Below are positions 62,511 through 64,000 of a stretch of DNA of 64,000 bases, in pieces. The stretch is from contig JALMLS010000166.1 in assembly GCA_038496445.1 (NCBI GenBank), positions 27,275-91,274 on the forward strand, in the 5' to 3' direction. The stretch comes from Trichosphaerium sp. ATCC 40318. Taxonomy: Eukaryota > Protista > Tubulinea. Position 1 is the first letter of the stretch, and every line of letters begins with the position of its first letter. The notes beneath the pieces are model-generated. The model was not told the DNA's origin. It made no database searches and saw only the letters and a program-made list of their open reading frames with translations. The translations under genes and the position numbers were made by a program.

Positions 62511-63962
62511 ATGAACTCAGACAGCGCATTCTTTGATGAGATCCCCGTTGAAGTCATTATTCATATTCTACGGTTTGCTCCCGTGTTATCTATGCGCTCA
62601 GTAGTACATACATCTACATTATTATCCAATGTCGCGATACAACACTTGGGGTATTACGACAGGACAAGTATACGAATGAATACAAGAAAAAAGCTTAGAC
62701 GTCTATTCAAGGAAGCCCCATTCCTCATAAAGAAACATACAATTGCCCTTGACTACACTATCAAACAAAAAGACTTAAAGTACCTACAAGATGCTTATGC
62801 CCTTGAACTGAAGGAAGTTAACCGAAAAGTTGATTTTACAGACTTTAATGTAATTGATGGCATTGACTTTTCTTACTGTTATAACGTGACCGATGATCAT
62901 CTTATACAACTTGCTGGAATACGTAAAATTAAATTATACAAAGCATTTGTTACAGATGAAGGTGTTAAAGCATTAGCCGGTGTTCGTATGATTGACTTGA
63001 GAGAATGTGGTGGTTTCAAGCGTATCACAGATGACAGTATTAAGGCTTTAGTTGGCGTTCAAACACTTAATGTACAAGGAGCAGATGTTACAGATGATGG
63101 TATTAAAACATTGTTACTTGCAGGAAGCATTCACTCGATTGATATTAGTCATTGTAGGAACATAACAGATGGTTGTATTAAGACGCTAGCACAAGCACGT
63201 GTTCATACCATTTCTTTAGGGCATTTGAAGGTTACAGAGGAATCTATCAAAGCACTAGGTGTAGCTGGAGTTCATACGATTAATCTTTGTAGCACAAATG
63301 TTACAGATGATGGTGTTAAATCATTTGCTGGCATTCACAATATTGATTTATCGAACTGCGATCTTGTTACAGATGAAGGTGTTAAAGCATTATCTGGTGT
63401 TCATACAATTAATTTAAATAATTGCAAGCGTATTACTGATGAAGGTGTGAGTGCATTGGGAGGTGTGCATGTAATTGATTTATGTGGTTGTTTTCGAATA
63501 ACAGATGAAGGTGTTAAACCCCTAGCTGGTGTTCATACAATTAGTCTATCATATACAAAAGTTACAGATACTGGCATCAAGGCTTTGGGTGGTGTTCACA
63601 CTATTCGTCTCTGGTATTGCAATGTGACAGATGATGGTATTAAAGCACTGGCAGGCGTTCATACAATTGACTTGGGTGATTGTACTAAGATAACAGATGA
63701 TGGGATTAAAGTATTAGCTGGAGTTTACTCAATTAACTTGAAAGGCTGTACCCTTGTAACAGACAAAGGGGTTAAAGCTTTAGCTGGTGTTCACGAGATA
63801 ACGTGTCCTACTGTAATAATATTACAGATGATGGCATAAAGGCACTGGCGGGTGTATATGCAATCAATATAACGAGTTGTATGCTTGTTACAAAAAAAAG
63901 GCATCAAGGCTTTAGGTGATGCACGAATAGTACGAAATTTGGGCGATTTGTTAAACTACTAA
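62511..63962 (+). CDS. Intronless F-box + LRR protein, recent inverted duplicate of 36671-38119; frameshift near 63800
   Basis: Near-identical to the reverse complement of ~36760-38405 including upstream DNA; a 1-bp deletion (GAGATAACGTG vs GAGATAGACGTG) truncates the ORF at 63839. Confidence 0.85.
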
Positions 63963-64000
63963 TGTTAGTATGTTAACAAAAATAAAAGTAGTGTTACATG

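Noticed and set aside
63795-63900. Programmed frameshifting in the last LRR gene
   Set aside because: A single-base deletion and a homopolymer length difference relative to the paralogue are better explained by mutation or sequencing error.

Overview
AT-rich eukaryotic nuclear DNA with many short GT-AG introns, probably from an amoebozoan (inferred from a CudA-type transcription factor and the gene content). Housekeeping genes include SEC24, CWC21/SRRM2, FCF1/UTP24, a CABLES-like cyclin, a JmjC hydroxylase and a small EF-hand protein. They are interleaved with intronless F-box-LRR and F-box-MORN genes. Three things stand out. (1) A 76-codon gene absent from the ORF track (12865-13095, +) has an in-frame TGA at a position that is Cys in the WxGCGxH motif of a small CxxC protein family. 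A well-formed SECIS hairpin follows it (13130-13220), making it a candidate new selenoprotein. (2) A 16,085-bp Mutator-like element (19806-35890) has a perfect 9-bp TSD (CGCTCCATC) and imperfect TIRs, and it splits an F-box-MORN gene whose halves rejoin in frame. It encodes a MULE transposase with a C-terminal Tudor domain, itself interrupted by a TA-flanked MITE, and carries about 8 kb of intron-containing host-gene fragments (MCU, NHL, EGF/FN3-like, glycosidase-like). (3) An F-box/Rac GTPase fusion has G12V-, T35- and Q61-type substitutions. All gene models were spliced by eye, so exon borders are approximate, and some frameshifts in homopolymers may be sequencing errors.
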